A stretch of DNA of 64,000 nt from Candidatus Melainabacteria bacterium (GTDB lineage Bacteria; Cyanobacteriota; Vampirovibrionia; 2-02-FULL-35-15): positions 2,110 through 66,109 of the forward strand of contig JAHFBE010000001.1 in the NCBI GenBank assembly GCA_023250205.1, written 5' to 3'. Below are positions 23,816 to 34,804 of this stretch, piece by piece. Position 1 is the first letter of the stretch. Every line of letters starts with the position of its first letter. Below the pieces are notes generated by a model that saw only the letters and a list, made by a program, of their open reading frames with translations, ran no database searches and was not told the DNA's origin. The translations under genes were made by a program, and so were the position numbers.

Positions 23816-25216
23816 ATGGCAAAATCAACTTTTCAAAACATTCCGGTCTCTACAGGTGAAGTCATTGACCTTGATATTGGCTCAATGGCATATGACAATG
23901 CTGCTGTATCAAAGTATAAAGATTTTATTGTTTTTGTTGATCGTGGAGCTCCCGGTGACAGTGTTAAAGCTGAAATAACCACACTTAGACCCAATTATGC
24001 AAGAGCAAAAATTACTGAAATTAAAGAATCAGATTCTGAGTACCGAATAGAAGCTGAGTGCAAACTTTTTAAAGTATGTGGTGGCTGCCAATGGCAACAT
24101 CTGCCATATAAAAAACAACTTGAACAAAAAGATTTGTTATTAAAAAACTTTTTTTCAAAATTATTACTACCTGATGGAGTCCTAAAAAACATCATAGGAA
24201 GTGACACTCCCTGGCATTACAGGAATAAAGTTCAATATCCTGTAAGAACTATAGAAGATACTGGAAGACTAAAAGCCGGATACTTTGAATGGCATAGCAA
24301 TGATCTGATAAACATCAAATACTGTCCAATCCAAAACAATAAGTTTGACAGTATTGTAGAAACTGTTCGTGAACTAGCACCAAAGTATAGAATCACTGCT
24401 TATAACGGTAAGAATAAAACAGGCTGGCTAAGGCATATCTGTGTTCGTATTGGTGAAAACACAAATGAAGCATTACTTACACTTGTAGCAATAAATGAAA
24501 CACTTTCAAAATCACAGGATTTTGCAAATGAAGTAATGAGCAAACATCCTGAACTTGTTGGAGTATCTCTAAATATAAACACAAACACTACAAATGTAAT
24601 TTATGGACCTAAAACAAAGATTTTAAAAGGCAGGGGATATTTATTTGAAAAAATCAATGGTTTAAAATTTAAAATCTCAGCTACAAGTTTTTTCCAGGTA
24701 AACACTCCACAAACCATTAAACTTCTAAATGAAATGGATAAGCTTATTTCTCTTAAAGGAAACGAAACTATTTTAGATGCCTATTGTGGAGTAGGATTAA
24801 TGTCGTTATTCTTAGCAGGCAAATCAAAGCAAGTTATCGGAATAGAAGAAGTAAGACAATCCATCGATGATGCTAATTTCAGTGCAAAAGAAAATCGTAT
24901 AAAAAATACAGTTTTTATCAACGGGAAAGTAGAAAATAAGATCGATGATATTTTAGAGGATTATAAACCTGAGATAGTAATATTAGATCCACCAAGAGCA
25001 GGCTGCAACAAAAGAATATTAGAAAATATTTGCAATTCAAATATTAAAAAAATAATTTACACAAGCTGTAATCCAAACACATTGGCAAGAGATCTAGAAA
25101 TCTTATGTAGGGGTGGGTTTGAAACCAACCCCTACATAATTAAATCAATTCAACCAATAGATATGTTTCCTCATACCTATCATATAGAGTGTGTTGTTCT
25201 GTTAGAAAAAGCTTAA
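23816..25216 (+). CDS. rlmD: 23S rRNA (uracil-5-)-methyltransferase RlmD/RumA family (TRAM plus Fe-S plus MTase)
   Basis: CKLFKVCGGCQWQH cluster cysteines, DAYCGVG SAM motif, DPPRAG, SCNPNTLARD. Confidence 0.88.
   Translation: MAKSTFQNIPVSTGEVIDLDIGSMAYDNAAVSKYKDFIVFVDRGAPGDSVKAEITTLRPNYARAKITEIKESDSEYRIEAECKLFKVCGGCQWQHLPYKKQLEQKDLLLKNFFSKLLLPDGVLKNIIGSDTPWHYRNKVQYPVRTIEDTGRLKAGYFEWHSNDLINIKYCPIQNNKFDSIVETVRELAPKYRITAYNGKNKTGWLRHICVRIGENTNEALLTLVAINETLSKSQDFANEVMSKHPELVGVSLNINTNTTNVIYGPKTKILKGRGYLFEKINGLKFKISATSFFQVNTPQTIKLLNEMDKLISLKGNETILDAYCGVGLMSLFLAGKSKQVIGIEEVRQSIDDANFSAKENRIKNTVFINGKVENKIDDILEDYKPEIVILDPPRAGCNKRILENICNSNIKKIIYTSCNPNTLARDLEILCRGGFETNPYIIKSIQPIDMFPHTYHIECVVLLEKA
25107..25135. 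repeat. 29-bp palindrome GTAGGGGTGGGTTTGAAACCAACCCCTAC inside the rlmD CDS
   Basis: Read directly, one mismatch; encodes CRGGFETNPY. Confidence 0.8.
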
Positions 25217-25505
25217 GCCGATGCTCTAAAGTGTGAGCCAAGTCCATTTGCCAAAAGTTGATTTCTTTTTTCTTCATCCAAGTAAGAATATGAGCAAGCC
25301 AATAAAAGTATTTCTCTCCAACCAAGATCAGAACTTTCCCCCACTGGTTCAGCATCTCTTCCCATAGACCTTCCCAGAGAGGACATGCCTATTGAACTAA
25401 AATCGCCTGATGATGGATTAATACTATTCATACAGCTTTAAACCTATCAAGCCATTATTAACAATTTGTTAATTCTGTTAAAGATTCAATCAGGAAGAGG
25501 ATATT

Positions 25506-25745
25506 TTACATTGTATGTCCACAGGTAGGACACAGTTTTATATTTGATTGTTTAACATCATTTGACCAGTAATTGTCAAATACTAAAAAATGACAGCTTC
25601 CACAACGCACTAAATTTTTAATTGTCTTTCTAATCTCACTGGGGGTTTGCAGCCTTGAATTTTTAATTAATATTGGTTCAAAAGAACTTGATTTATTTTT
25701 TTTTGGTTTAAAAGTTTCAATTACATTGTTTAAAAAGGGGAACAT
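25506..25745 (-). CDS. small zinc-ribbon-like protein, 79 aa
   Basis: CGSC ... CPTC cysteine pairs; ATG start. Confidence 0.45.
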   Translation of the reverse strand: MFPFLNNVIETFKPKKNKSSSFEPILIKNSRLQTPSEIRKTIKNLVRCGSCHFLVFDNYWSNDVKQSNIKLCPTCGHTM

Positions 25746-25894
25746 GTTTATCTCCTTATTGTATGGATTAGTTATAGACTTAACGATTGTTTTTTTGTGC
25801 CCCGGTATTACCTTTAGCTTGGGTTATAAATATGTACAAATAACTTTTTAGTTTTTAATGGTTGAGGAGGACTTCTCGAGAATAAGACTGTTTT

Positions 25895-26020
25895 GTCATT
25901 GCGAGGAACCCAAGGGGCAACGCGGCAATCTCATTTAGATATAACAATTTTGAGCAGGACAATAAATTGATAGCTGTCAGCAGAGATTGCTTCGTCGGGC
26001 TTTGCCCTTCTCGCAATGAC
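25895..26020. repeat. MITE-like palindromic element upstream of the thiolase gene
   Basis: GTCATTGCGAGGAACCCAAGGGGCAACGCGGCAATCTC ... GAGATTGCTTCGTCGGGCTTTGCCCTTCTCGCAATGAC. Confidence 0.85.
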
Positions 26021-26096
26021 ATAGAATATTTATCCTTGATTTATTAGCACACCCCTTATAAATATGGGAAAATATTAGCTAACAGGAGTTAAATAA

Positions 26097-27257
26097 ATGA
26101 AAAATTCTCAAGCTTATATTGTAGATGCAATTCGTACACCAATTGGTCGTGGAAAAGATGGATGTGCTTTCTCCGAAATGCACCCGGTTGATCTTGGTGG
26201 AATCCCTGTAAAAGAACTCTTAAAAAGAAACAATTTAAAACCAACAGACATAGAAGATCTCATTTATGGTTGTGCAAGCCCTGTTGCAGAGCAAGGTTTA
26301 AACATTGCAAGGATTATTGCAATTAATGCTCTCGATGTTACTGTTCCAGGAGTACAACTAAATAGAATGTGCGGATCAGGACAACAAGCAGTGCATTTTG
26401 GTATTCAGGCCATAATGTCAGGAGCCCACGATTTGATTATTGCAGGTGGCGTAGAGTGTATGGGCAAAGTACCCATTGGAGCAGATGGATTACCACTTCC
26501 AGGTAAAACAAATATGACTCTCCCAGAAAGTTTTTTAAAAAATCATAAAGCAAATCCTATGGGAATCTCTGGTGAGCTTATGGCAGAAAAATGGAAATTA
26601 ACCAGAAGGGATTTAGACGAATTCTCTTATAACAGTCATATGAAAGCAGCAAAAGCTACTGCAGAAGGACATTTCAAAAGAGAAATTATTCCAGTACAAA
26701 CTTCAAAAGGACTTGTAGAAAAAGATGAAGGAATCAGAGCAGATGCCTCTTTAGAAAAAATGGGGGCTTTACAATCAGCATTTAAAGCAGGTGGTGTAAT
26801 TACTGCTGCAAATGCAAGCCAGGTTAGTGATGGAGCTTCTGCTCTGCTTCTTGCCAGTGAAAGTGCACTGAAAAAATATAATTTAAAACCAAGAGCAAGA
26901 CTTGTAGATGTTTCAGTTGTTGGAACAGAAGTAGAGTTACAATTGACTGGTCCAATTTATGCAATTCCAAAAGCATTGAAAAGAGCAGGTCTTGAAATGA
27001 AAGATATTGATTTGTTTGAAATCAATGAGGCTTTTGCTTCTGTAGTAATTGCAGCTCAAAAAGAATTAAACCTTGATCCAAATAAAATAAATGTAAATGG
27101 TGGTGCAATTGCATTAGGGCACCCTCTTGGCGCAAGTGGTGCAAGACTTTTAACCACTCTTCTATATGAATTGGAAAGAAGAAACCTAAAACGTGGCGTA
27201 TCCAGTCTATGTATTGGTTTTGGACAGGGAATTGCTGCTATTTTAGAACGTGTTTAA
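26097..27257 (+). CDS. acetyl-CoA C-acetyltransferase (thiolase)
   Basis: [10 protein letters not shown] active-site Cys block, [24 protein letters not shown]. Confidence 0.92.
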   Translation: MKNSQAYIVDAIRTPIGRGKDGCAFSEMHPVDLGGIPVKELLKRNNLKPTDIEDLIYGCASPVAEQGLNIARIIAINALDVTVPGVQLNRMCGSGQQAVHFGIQAIMSGAHDLIIAGGVECMGKVPIGADGLPLPGKTNMTLPESFLKNHKANPMGISGELMAEKWKLTRRDLDEFSYNSHMKAAKATAEGHFKREIIPVQTSKGLVEKDEGIRADASLEKMGALQSAFKAGGVITAANASQVSDGASALLLASESALKKYNLKPRARLVDVSVVGTEVELQLTGPIYAIPKALKRAGLEMKDIDLFEINEAFASVVIAAQKELNLDPNKINVNGGAIALGHPLGASGARLLTTLLYELERRNLKRGVSSLCIGFGQGIAAILERV

Positions 27258-27261
27258 ACCT

Positions 27262-28212
<951 letters not shown>

Positions 28213-28251
28213 TTACTCCTTTAAGATTTTGAGATTCTTCACTTCACTCAG

Positions 28252-28287
28252 AATGACAAATGTGTGAATAATCACACATTTGTCATT
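28252..28287. repeat. perfect 16-bp-stem hairpin overlapping the anmK stop, next to a half MITE arm (28231-28257)
   Basis: AATGACAAATGTGTGA ataa TCACACATTTGTCATT. Confidence 0.75.
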
Positions 28288-29411
28288 TTACCAAGGATTG
28301 CTTTTTTCTTGGCACCTGTACAAAACGGAACATTGTTTCTAATTTTTTTCTTACATGTATAACCAAGCAAGGCAAACAGTATTGCTTCTTTATATTCATA
28401 TGGTAATCCGTATTTATCTGAATTACTAAATCTTACAGAAGGAATTAATTTTATTAAATGATTCATCAGAGTTTTATTTTTGACTCCACCTCCTGAAGAA
28501 ATAATTTCATTTACTTTATATTTTGGAAAGATAAAATCATTGAATGCTTGTTGAATGACTTTTGCCGTAAAAAAGGTAACAGTTGCAATTTTATCTTCTT
28601 TCCTTTTTATTCCTGAGAAATACTTTCTTATAAAAGAAAAGTTGAAGTACTCTTTCCCCGTGGTCTTTGGTGGTTTTCGTTTAAAGAATGAATCCTTTAA
28701 TGCTATTTCAATAATCTTATAATTAATATTTCCTTTTCTTGCAAAAGCTCCACTAAGATCAAGCTCTTTCTTAAATAAATCTCTTGCTATCAAATCAATA
28801 AGAGCATTACCAGGACCAATATCAAATGCAATTGGTGTAATATTTTTTCCAACTACTGTTACATTTGCAATTCCACCAATATTTAAAATTGCTTTTGGAT
28901 TTTTACTCCTACCAAAGCAAACACTATCCATAAATGATATAAGAGGTGCTCCCTGCCCACCAACAGCAATGTCAGCTTCGCGAAAGTTTGATATAACATC
29001 TATCCCTGTACGTGCAGAAATAACCGAGCTTTCACCGATCTGAAGAGTAGATCTAACTTTATAAGATCCAATATGTTCTATATCTGGATGATGAAATACT
29101 GTCTGCCCATGAGATGCAATAAGCAAAATGTCTTTTTTTCTTAATTTATTTTTTTTAATTATTTTTAATGCAGCATCTGCAAACACTTCACCAAGTAAGA
29201 AATTTAACTGCGACAACTCTTTTAGCAATGAAGTAGAATGAATATTTCCACTAATGACATCCCTAATTTTTTCTTTTACACGATTTGGATATTCATAGAT
29301 TATTCCATCAATAAATTTAAACTTATTGTCTGAAGAAAATTTAACTAGAGATGCATCTACTCCATCAAATGATGTCCCAGAGTTTAATCCTATAACTAAA
29401 TTTTTAGTCAC
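28272..29411 (-). CDS. anmK: anhydro-N-acetylmuramic acid kinase
   Basis: GLNSGTSFDGVDASLV N-terminus and overall AnmK pattern; 379 aa. Confidence 0.9.
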   Translation of the reverse strand: MTKNLVIGLNSGTSFDGVDASLVKFSSDNKFKFIDGIIYEYPNRVKEKIRDVISGNIHSTSLLKELSQLNFLLGEVFADAALKIIKKNKLRKKDILLIASHGQTVFHHPDIEHIGSYKVRSTLQIGESSVISARTGIDVISNFREADIAVGGQGAPLISFMDSVCFGRSKNPKAILNIGGIANVTVVGKNITPIAFDIGPGNALIDLIARDLFKKELDLSGAFARKGNINYKIIEIALKDSFFKRKPPKTTGKEYFNFSFIRKYFSGIKRKEDKIATVTFFTAKVIQQAFNDFIFPKYKVNEIISSGGGVKNKTLMNHLIKLIPSVRFSNSDKYGLPYEYKEAILFALLGYTCKKKIRNNVPFCTGAKKKAILGKMTNV

Positions 29412-29430
29412 TCTTTACCTCAAGCTACAA

Positions 29431-29931
29431 TCAAAAACTTTGATTTTTAGTAATTCCCTCTGTAATTGGTGAATCTAGATTATTTTTAGCATATTCCCTG
29501 TCTACAGTTTCAATAATATAATGGGGGTTTTCTACAAGTGCTTTAGAATATTTAGTACTCGGGTTTTTCCTTGCAAACTCCTTATCAATATCTCTAATCA
29601 AATATGTTGTATTCAATGCTAATCCTTCAGCAAAACCACTATCAGGATTATCATGTGCAAATGATTTATCTTCATCAGTAACAATATAATTTGGATTCTG
29701 AGCTATTTTCTCAGCAAACAATGTAGAAGGATTGTTTCTGGCAAATTCCCTGTCTTCATCTGAAACTTTACATCTTGGGTTTTGAGCAAGTCCTAGAGCA
29801 TATTTACTATTAGGATTTTTCCTCGCAAAATCTTTATATTTGTCTAACAAAGCATTTGAAGGCAAAGTAAAATTAGTTAATAATACTAAACTTAAAATAA
29901 ATGATTTAAATAATCTATTTTTATTACACAT
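29431..29931 (-). CDS. secreted protein of about five 28-aa repeats
   Basis: Signal-like N-terminus; repeats D+EFARNNPxSxFAxxLAQNPxYxVxxx. Confidence 0.7.
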   Translation of the reverse strand: MCNKNRLFKSFILSLVLLTNFTLPSNALLDKYKDFARKNPNSKYALGLAQNPRCKVSDEDREFARNNPSTLFAEKIAQNPNYIVTDEDKSFAHDNPDSGFAEGLALNTTYLIRDIDKEFARKNPSTKYSKALVENPHYIIETVDREYAKNNLDSPITEGITKNQSF

Positions 29932-29950
29932 TATTAAAATCTCCTTTTAA

Positions 29951-31333
29951 TTATTTAGGGATATAAGCACATTGTAACAATTTCAAGCTTAGTCCATAAG
30001 CAAATTTGCTTGTAGTATTTCTTCTGGCTACTTTTTTATCTTCCAGCTCTATATAATAACGTGTGTTTTGAATCAATCCTTCCGCAAATCTTGTATCAGG
30101 ATTGTTTCTTGCTATTTCTTTATCTATCTCTTCTATTTTATAACTTGGATTTATTGTTATCGAATAAGCAAATTCACTATTCAAATTTTCCCTTGCAGAT
30201 TTTCTGTCTTTTAAAGTAATTTTATATGATTGAGTTTTAGCCAGTTTAGCAACAGAACTTTTTACATTTGCTCTAGCAAACTCTTTCTGGGGTTCTTTAA
30301 TCTTAAAATTTGTATTTTGAACAAGAGATTTTGCAAGCTGTGTATTTGGGTACTTTATAACAAAATCTCTATCTTCATTGTCCACATAATATGAGATATT
30401 TCTCCCGATAGCCTCAGCAAATTTTGAATTTGGATGTGCCTTTGCAATTTCCTTATCTTTAGGCTCAACTTTATAGTTTTCATTCAAACACAAACCAAAT
30501 GTAAATTTACTATCAACATTAGTTCTTACAATATCTCTATCATCCTGCTCAATCTTATATCCCTTATTCAAGGACAATCCACTAGCAAAGCTAGTATTTA
30601 TGTTACTTCTGGCTATTATTTTGTCATCAAACTCTACCTGATAAGTAGATAGCTGTGTCAATATTGATGAAGTTAGTTCATTTATATTCTCTCTTGCAAA
30701 CAATTTATCTTCAAGCTCTACTCTAAATCCAAAGTTTCTAACTAACCCTTCTGCAAATTTGCTTTTTGGGAAATTGTAAAGAATAAGCTTGTCATCATAA
30801 TTAATCTTATATTTTTTATTTTTTGCAATTTCTTTAGCAAAATCACTACCCGGGTTATTTCGAGCATATTCTTTATCAAATTCACTTACCTGATAATTAG
30901 GATTATGAATCAATCCCAGACTAAGTTTTGAATGAGGATTATTTCTTAAGAACTTTCTATCTGTTTCAGTAATTTCATAGCTTGATTTTTGAGATATCTG
31001 CTCTGCAAAGCTGCTATCAGGATGTTTAAAAGCATAGTTTTTATCCCCATCATCCACTTTATAAGCAGGATTTTGTAAAAGCCCTAGAGCAAAATTTGAA
31101 TCTAACTGTTTTCTTGCAACTTCTTTATCAATTTGTTCAATCTTATAAATAGAATTCTTGGCAAGATTCAAAGCATACAAAGTGCGTGGATTATTCCGTG
31201 CAGCTTCTCTGTCTTCAGGGTCAATTGTACAGTAGAAATTTAGAGGGTGTTTTTTAGCATACACTCCTATACACTGAACTCCAATGCTTACAAGAATCAA
31301 AAAGATTAGAGATTTATTTAAGATTTTATTCAA
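29951..31333 (-). CDS. secreted protein (possible lipoprotein) of fifteen 28-aa repeats
   Basis: TTG start; N-terminal LIFLILVSIGVQC; 15 consecutive 28-aa units counted by hand. Confidence 0.75.
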   Translation of the reverse strand: MNKILNKSLIFLILVSIGVQCIGVYAKKHPLNFYCTIDPEDREAARNNPRTLYALNLAKNSIYKIEQIDKEVARKQLDSNFALGLLQNPAYKVDDGDKNYAFKHPDSSFAEQISQKSSYEITETDRKFLRNNPHSKLSLGLIHNPNYQVSEFDKEYARNNPGSDFAKEIAKNKKYKINYDDKLILYNFPKSKFAEGLVRNFGFRVELEDKLFARENINELTSSILTQLSTYQVEFDDKIIARSNINTSFASGLSLNKGYKIEQDDRDIVRTNVDSKFTFGLCLNENYKVEPKDKEIAKAHPNSKFAEAIGRNISYYVDNEDRDFVIKYPNTQLAKSLVQNTNFKIKEPQKEFARANVKSSVAKLAKTQSYKITLKDRKSARENLNSEFAYSITINPSYKIEEIDKEIARNNPDTRFAEGLIQNTRYYIELEDKKVARRNTTSKFAYGLSLKLLQCAYIPK

Positions 31334-31452
31334 TTAAATTCCTTTTATTAACAAATTAAAATTCTATCAAAGAATTACAACATATATTACTAAAGTGTGT
31401 CATTCTACAGCTTGACTGGAGAATCTAGGCTTACAAACCTACTCACATGGAT

Positions 31453-31517
31453 TCCCATTTTTCCGCCTAGGCCCACCAAAGGTGGGCAAACGGACCCGTC
31501 CTTAGGCGGGCATGGGA
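31453..31517. other. GC-rich nested stem-loop region, candidate structured RNA or repeat remnant
   Basis: CCCAT...ATGGG outer, CCGCCTAGG/CCTTAGGCGG middle, GCCCACC aaa GGTGGGC and ACGG ac CCGT inner stems; preceded by a half MITE arm at 31399. Confidence 0.3.
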
Positions 31518-31549
31518 AGACACCTACAACGAATATTATTTAAACAATA

Positions 31550-32122
31550 CTAAAGCTTTAAAAAATTAGATAACAATTTATGACCATGCTCTGTCAGAAT
31601 TGACTCTGGGTGAAATTGAACACCAATCAAATTCTTAAAATCTTTGTGTTCAACAGCCATAATTAAATTATCTTTTGTTTTGGCAGTAATCTTCAGAGGC
31701 TTATCTTTTATACTCTCAATGTCAATTATTAAAGAATGATATCTAGTTGCAGTAAAAGGACTTGGTATATCAGTAAAAAGAGAGTTACCTTCATGATAAA
31801 TCTCGGACGTTTTACCATGCATTAGTATCGGGGCATTAATAACCTTCCCACCAAAAACCTCTCCAATAGACTGATGTCCTAAACATACTCCCAGGATTGG
31901 GATCTTTCCTGCAAATTCTTTAATTAAATTTTTGCTTATCCCTGCATCATCTGGTCTACCTGGACCAGGAGAAATCACTATATGTGTAGGCTTTATTTCC
32001 TTTATCTTTGCAAGAGTAATCTCATCATTCCTGTATACAATAACATCTTGATTTAGCTCCCCAAGATATTGGACAAGATTATAAGTAAAACTATCGTAAT
32101 TATCTATAACTAATACACTCAT
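31550..32122 (-). CDS. anthranilate / aminodeoxychorismate synthase glutamine amidotransferase component
   Basis: GVCLGHQ and QFHPES triad motifs; 190 aa; trpG versus pabA cannot be distinguished. Confidence 0.9.
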   Translation of the reverse strand: MSVLVIDNYDSFTYNLVQYLGELNQDVIVYRNDEITLAKIKEIKPTHIVISPGPGRPDDAGISKNLIKEFAGKIPILGVCLGHQSIGEVFGGKVINAPILMHGKTSEIYHEGNSLFTDIPSPFTATRYHSLIIDIESIKDKPLKITAKTKDNLIMAVEHKDFKNLIGVQFHPESILTEHGHKLLSNFLKL

Positions 32123-32146
32123 GAATATATTTTACATCATGATTTT

Positions 32147-32283
32147 GTCATTGCGAGGAAGGACAAAGTCCTGACGAAGCAATCTCATAAAGACACCAAC
32201 TTTACTTAAATAGTGACCTTATTAAAAGTTATATTAGTTATAAGATTGCCACGTCGGCTCTAGTAGAGCCTCCTCGCAATGAC
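32147..32283. repeat. MITE-like palindromic element
   Basis: GTCATTGCGAGGAAGGACAAAGTCCTGACGAAGCAATCTC ... AGATTGCCACGTCGGCTCTAGTAGAGCCTCCTCGCAATGAC; same subtype as 41842-41932 in the opposite orientation. Confidence 0.88.
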
Positions 32284-32291
32284 ACGATTAG

Positions 32292-32513
32292 TTATATCTC
32301 TATCACCTTCACAGGAAAAGCAATTTTATGGTTTCCAAAGAGTTTATCAACTGCATCATTTATCAACTTTACTTCCTCTTCTGAAGGATCATTATTTTTT
32401 ATTTCAACACCTATAAATGAATCTTTTATTTCAAGATTTAGATTTTCTACTTTCTCTTTATTTTGCGGAGAAGTAAGCCAGCTTGGTTTTACTTTTGTAC
32501 AGAGAAATTTCAT
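32292..32513 (-). CDS. hypothetical small protein, 73 aa
   Basis: The ATG overlaps the stop of the upstream kinase gene (ATGA), suggesting translational coupling. Confidence 0.45.
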   Translation of the reverse strand: MKFLCTKVKPSWLTSPQNKEKVENLNLEIKDSFIGVEIKNNDPSEEEVKLINDAVDKLFGNHKIAFPVKVIEI

Positions 32514-33547
32514 AATGGCAGCTTAACTGTTTGCAAATGTCTTTTTAATTCTTTAATACTAGTCACAGCTGTTCCATACTTTGTTACTACAATACTTGCT
32601 GCAAGATTTCCTAGTATACAGGCAATCTCTAGAGATAAATTAACAGATATTGCAGAAGATATTACTCCTGCCACAGTATCACCAGCCCCAGTTACATCAA
32701 AGACTTCACTTACATTAAATGCAGGCAACACAAAGGGATTACCTGGTTTTTTGGCACTAAACAAAGCCATACCTTCTGAGCCTCTTGTAATTAAAACATT
32801 TTGAGCACCTGAAATTTTTAACAGCTTTTTCCCCGCCTTTAAAAGTGAATCTTTATTAGTAATCGAGAACCCTACAGCAGCTTCTGTATCAGGCTGATTT
32901 GGTGTAATTAAAAACGAGTCCTTAAATCTCTGAAAATTACTTGCTGCATCTACAATGACTGAAATCTTATTTTTATTTGCTATGTCAATTAAAGTTTTAA
33001 TAATTTTATTGGAACAAACCCCTAAATCATAATCTGAAATTAAAACGGCTTTCACTTTGTTGACATAAGCTTTAAAAACATCTGTTAATTCTCTTTCAAT
33101 ATTTGAGCCTATGTTTTTTCTACTTAAACGATCCAATCTAAGTAATTGCTGCTTGAATATGATAGAACTCGTGGGATGTTTATGTGCTGTAGAAAGAAGC
33201 CTGGTTTTAACAGTAGTAGGTCTGTTTTTATCAAAAGAAAGAATGGGATTAATATCATTTTTCAGACATTCATTTTCAAGTGCTTTTGCATACAAATCTT
33301 CTCCTACCACCCCAAGAAGGTGACATTTGCCCCCGACAGAACTTATGTTATGAGCAGCATTTGAAGCACCACCTAAAGCATAATCACTTGAAATATGTTC
33401 AAGAATAATTACTGGTGCTTCCCTTGATATTCTCTCTGGAGAACCAACAATAAATTCATCCAGAATAATATCCCCAATAACCAGAACTGAACCGGATGAT
33501 AATTTGTCTAATACTGAAGCTAATTTGGTTTTATTTACTTTGAGCAT
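32510..33547 (-). CDS. PfkB-family sugar kinase, D-glycero-beta-D-manno-heptose-7-phosphate kinase-like (RfaE domain I / HldA)
   Basis: VLVIGDIILDEFIVGSPERISREAPV N-terminus and DVTGAGDTV motif. Confidence 0.78.
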   Translation of the reverse strand: MLKVNKTKLASVLDKLSSGSVLVIGDIILDEFIVGSPERISREAPVIILEHISSDYALGGASNAAHNISSVGGKCHLLGVVGEDLYAKALENECLKNDINPILSFDKNRPTTVKTRLLSTAHKHPTSSIIFKQQLLRLDRLSRKNIGSNIERELTDVFKAYVNKVKAVLISDYDLGVCSNKIIKTLIDIANKNKISVIVDAASNFQRFKDSFLITPNQPDTEAAVGFSITNKDSLLKAGKKLLKISGAQNVLITRGSEGMALFSAKKPGNPFVLPAFNVSEVFDVTGAGDTVAGVISSAISVNLSLEIACILGNLAASIVVTKYGTAVTSIKELKRHLQTVKLPL

Positions 33548-34592
33548 ATTGTTTCAAATTTTCTATTAATTTTTCTTTCAAATTTTTCGTTATTGCTTTT
33601 GGATCTTTAGAATTCATTATTGCTCTTACTACAGCAATTCTTTCAGCCCCCACAGAAATAACCTTATTAATATTACCCTCATCAATACCACCAATTGCAA
33701 ACCATGGAATATTTTTTAAATTATCTTTAGCCCATGATACATATTCCAAACCTGCAGCTTTATAATCAGGCTTTGTCGGAGTAGGAAATACAGGACCTAC
33801 ACCAAAATAATCAGGTAGATGCGTTGCATGCAACGCATCTACACCCTGTTCTGGAGAATGTGTAGACAGACCAATTATAAATCCTTCCGGGGTAATCTTT
33901 CTGGCTTCACTTACAGGAAAATCATCCTGCCCCAAATGCACACCATCTGCATCACAAGCCAGAGCCAGATCTACACGATCATTAATAATAAACAACGCTT
34001 CGCTTCCAGAGACTATTCGTTTAATCTCTTTTGCAAGCTTTAAAATCTTTGTTTCATTTTCATTTTTTTCCCTAAGCTGGATAATATCTACTCCACCTTC
34101 AAGGGATTTTTCAATAATTGATAAAAAATCTTTGCCAGAAGTAAGATTATCTCTACTAGCAACTAAGTATAATTTGGCATTTTGTAATCGCAACAATTTT
34201 TCATTTTTCAGCAATTCTTTTTCAATCGTATAAATTTCATATCTATTTTCTTCCAATATTTTTGTATTCAAATCTATAAGCTGTCCATATTCTGACAAAA
34301 CCCTAAGTGCTTCTTCCACTCTTTTACAATTTGCCCGGATAATGTCTCTTACAGATTTTCTCTTTGAGTTATTTTCAATATCTCTACCTACATCAGAAAC
34401 AGATTCTCTACTCATAACTAAATTTGGATAAGTTAATAATAAACTATTTATAGAGTGTCTTATTTGTTTTAACTTCTCTGAAATCTTTAAATCATCTTTT
34501 GAATATCGGCTCCAGTCTTCAAGCACTCTTAAAGCCTCAGAAGCACGATTTATGTTTGCATCTATGATTCTATGAATATCATTTCTTTGCAT
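33531..34592 (-). CDS. thiE: thiamine-phosphate synthase with an N-terminal extension
   Basis: C-terminal 210 aa contain LYLVASRD, IIQLREK, INDRVDLALACDADGVHLGQDD and GGI; the extension is as seen in cyanobacterial ThiE. Confidence 0.85.
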   Translation of the reverse strand: MQRNDIHRIIDANINRASEALRVLEDWSRYSKDDLKISEKLKQIRHSINSLLLTYPNLVMSRESVSDVGRDIENNSKRKSVRDIIRANCKRVEEALRVLSEYGQLIDLNTKILEENRYEIYTIEKELLKNEKLLRLQNAKLYLVASRDNLTSGKDFLSIIEKSLEGGVDIIQLREKNENETKILKLAKEIKRIVSGSEALFIINDRVDLALACDADGVHLGQDDFPVSEARKITPEGFIIGLSTHSPEQGVDALHATHLPDYFGVGPVFPTPTKPDYKAAGLEYVSWAKDNLKNIPWFAIGGIDEGNINKVISVGAERIAVVRAIMNSKDPKAITKNLKEKLIENLKQYAQSK

Positions 34593-34804
34593 AGTGCTAT
34601 AAATTTAACACATATTCAACATCAATTAAACTTCTCTTAATTGACATATGTTAACTTATAAATTAATAGACACAAGTCTTCAAGAATCTAAACGAAAAAT
34701 AAAATAACAAATTTAAAAAAAATCATTTCATTAGCCTTATCTTAAATATTGTTTGCTAGTTTGAAAGTATAAATATTCTATTATTTTGAAATCAAGGAGA
34801 CGTT

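Noticed and set aside
25107-25135. tRNA-like T-arm look of GGGTTTGAAACCAACCCC; more generally, tRNA genes
   Set aside because: The segment is a simple palindrome inside the rlmD reading frame with no acceptor or anticodon arms. I found no GTTCRANYC-type T-loops with cloverleaf context elsewhere in the window.
25140-25431. ORFs 25140-25355 and 25213-25431 downstream of rlmD
   Set aside because: They are two mutually overlapping short ORFs with no RBS I could identify and no motif. Evidence is insufficient to call either, although 25213-25431 (MNSINPSSGDF...) could be real.
34593-34790. A TPP riboswitch upstream of thiE
   Set aside because: The AT-rich leader lacks the conserved CTGAGA and ACCTGATCTGGATAATGCCAGCG-type THI-box elements.
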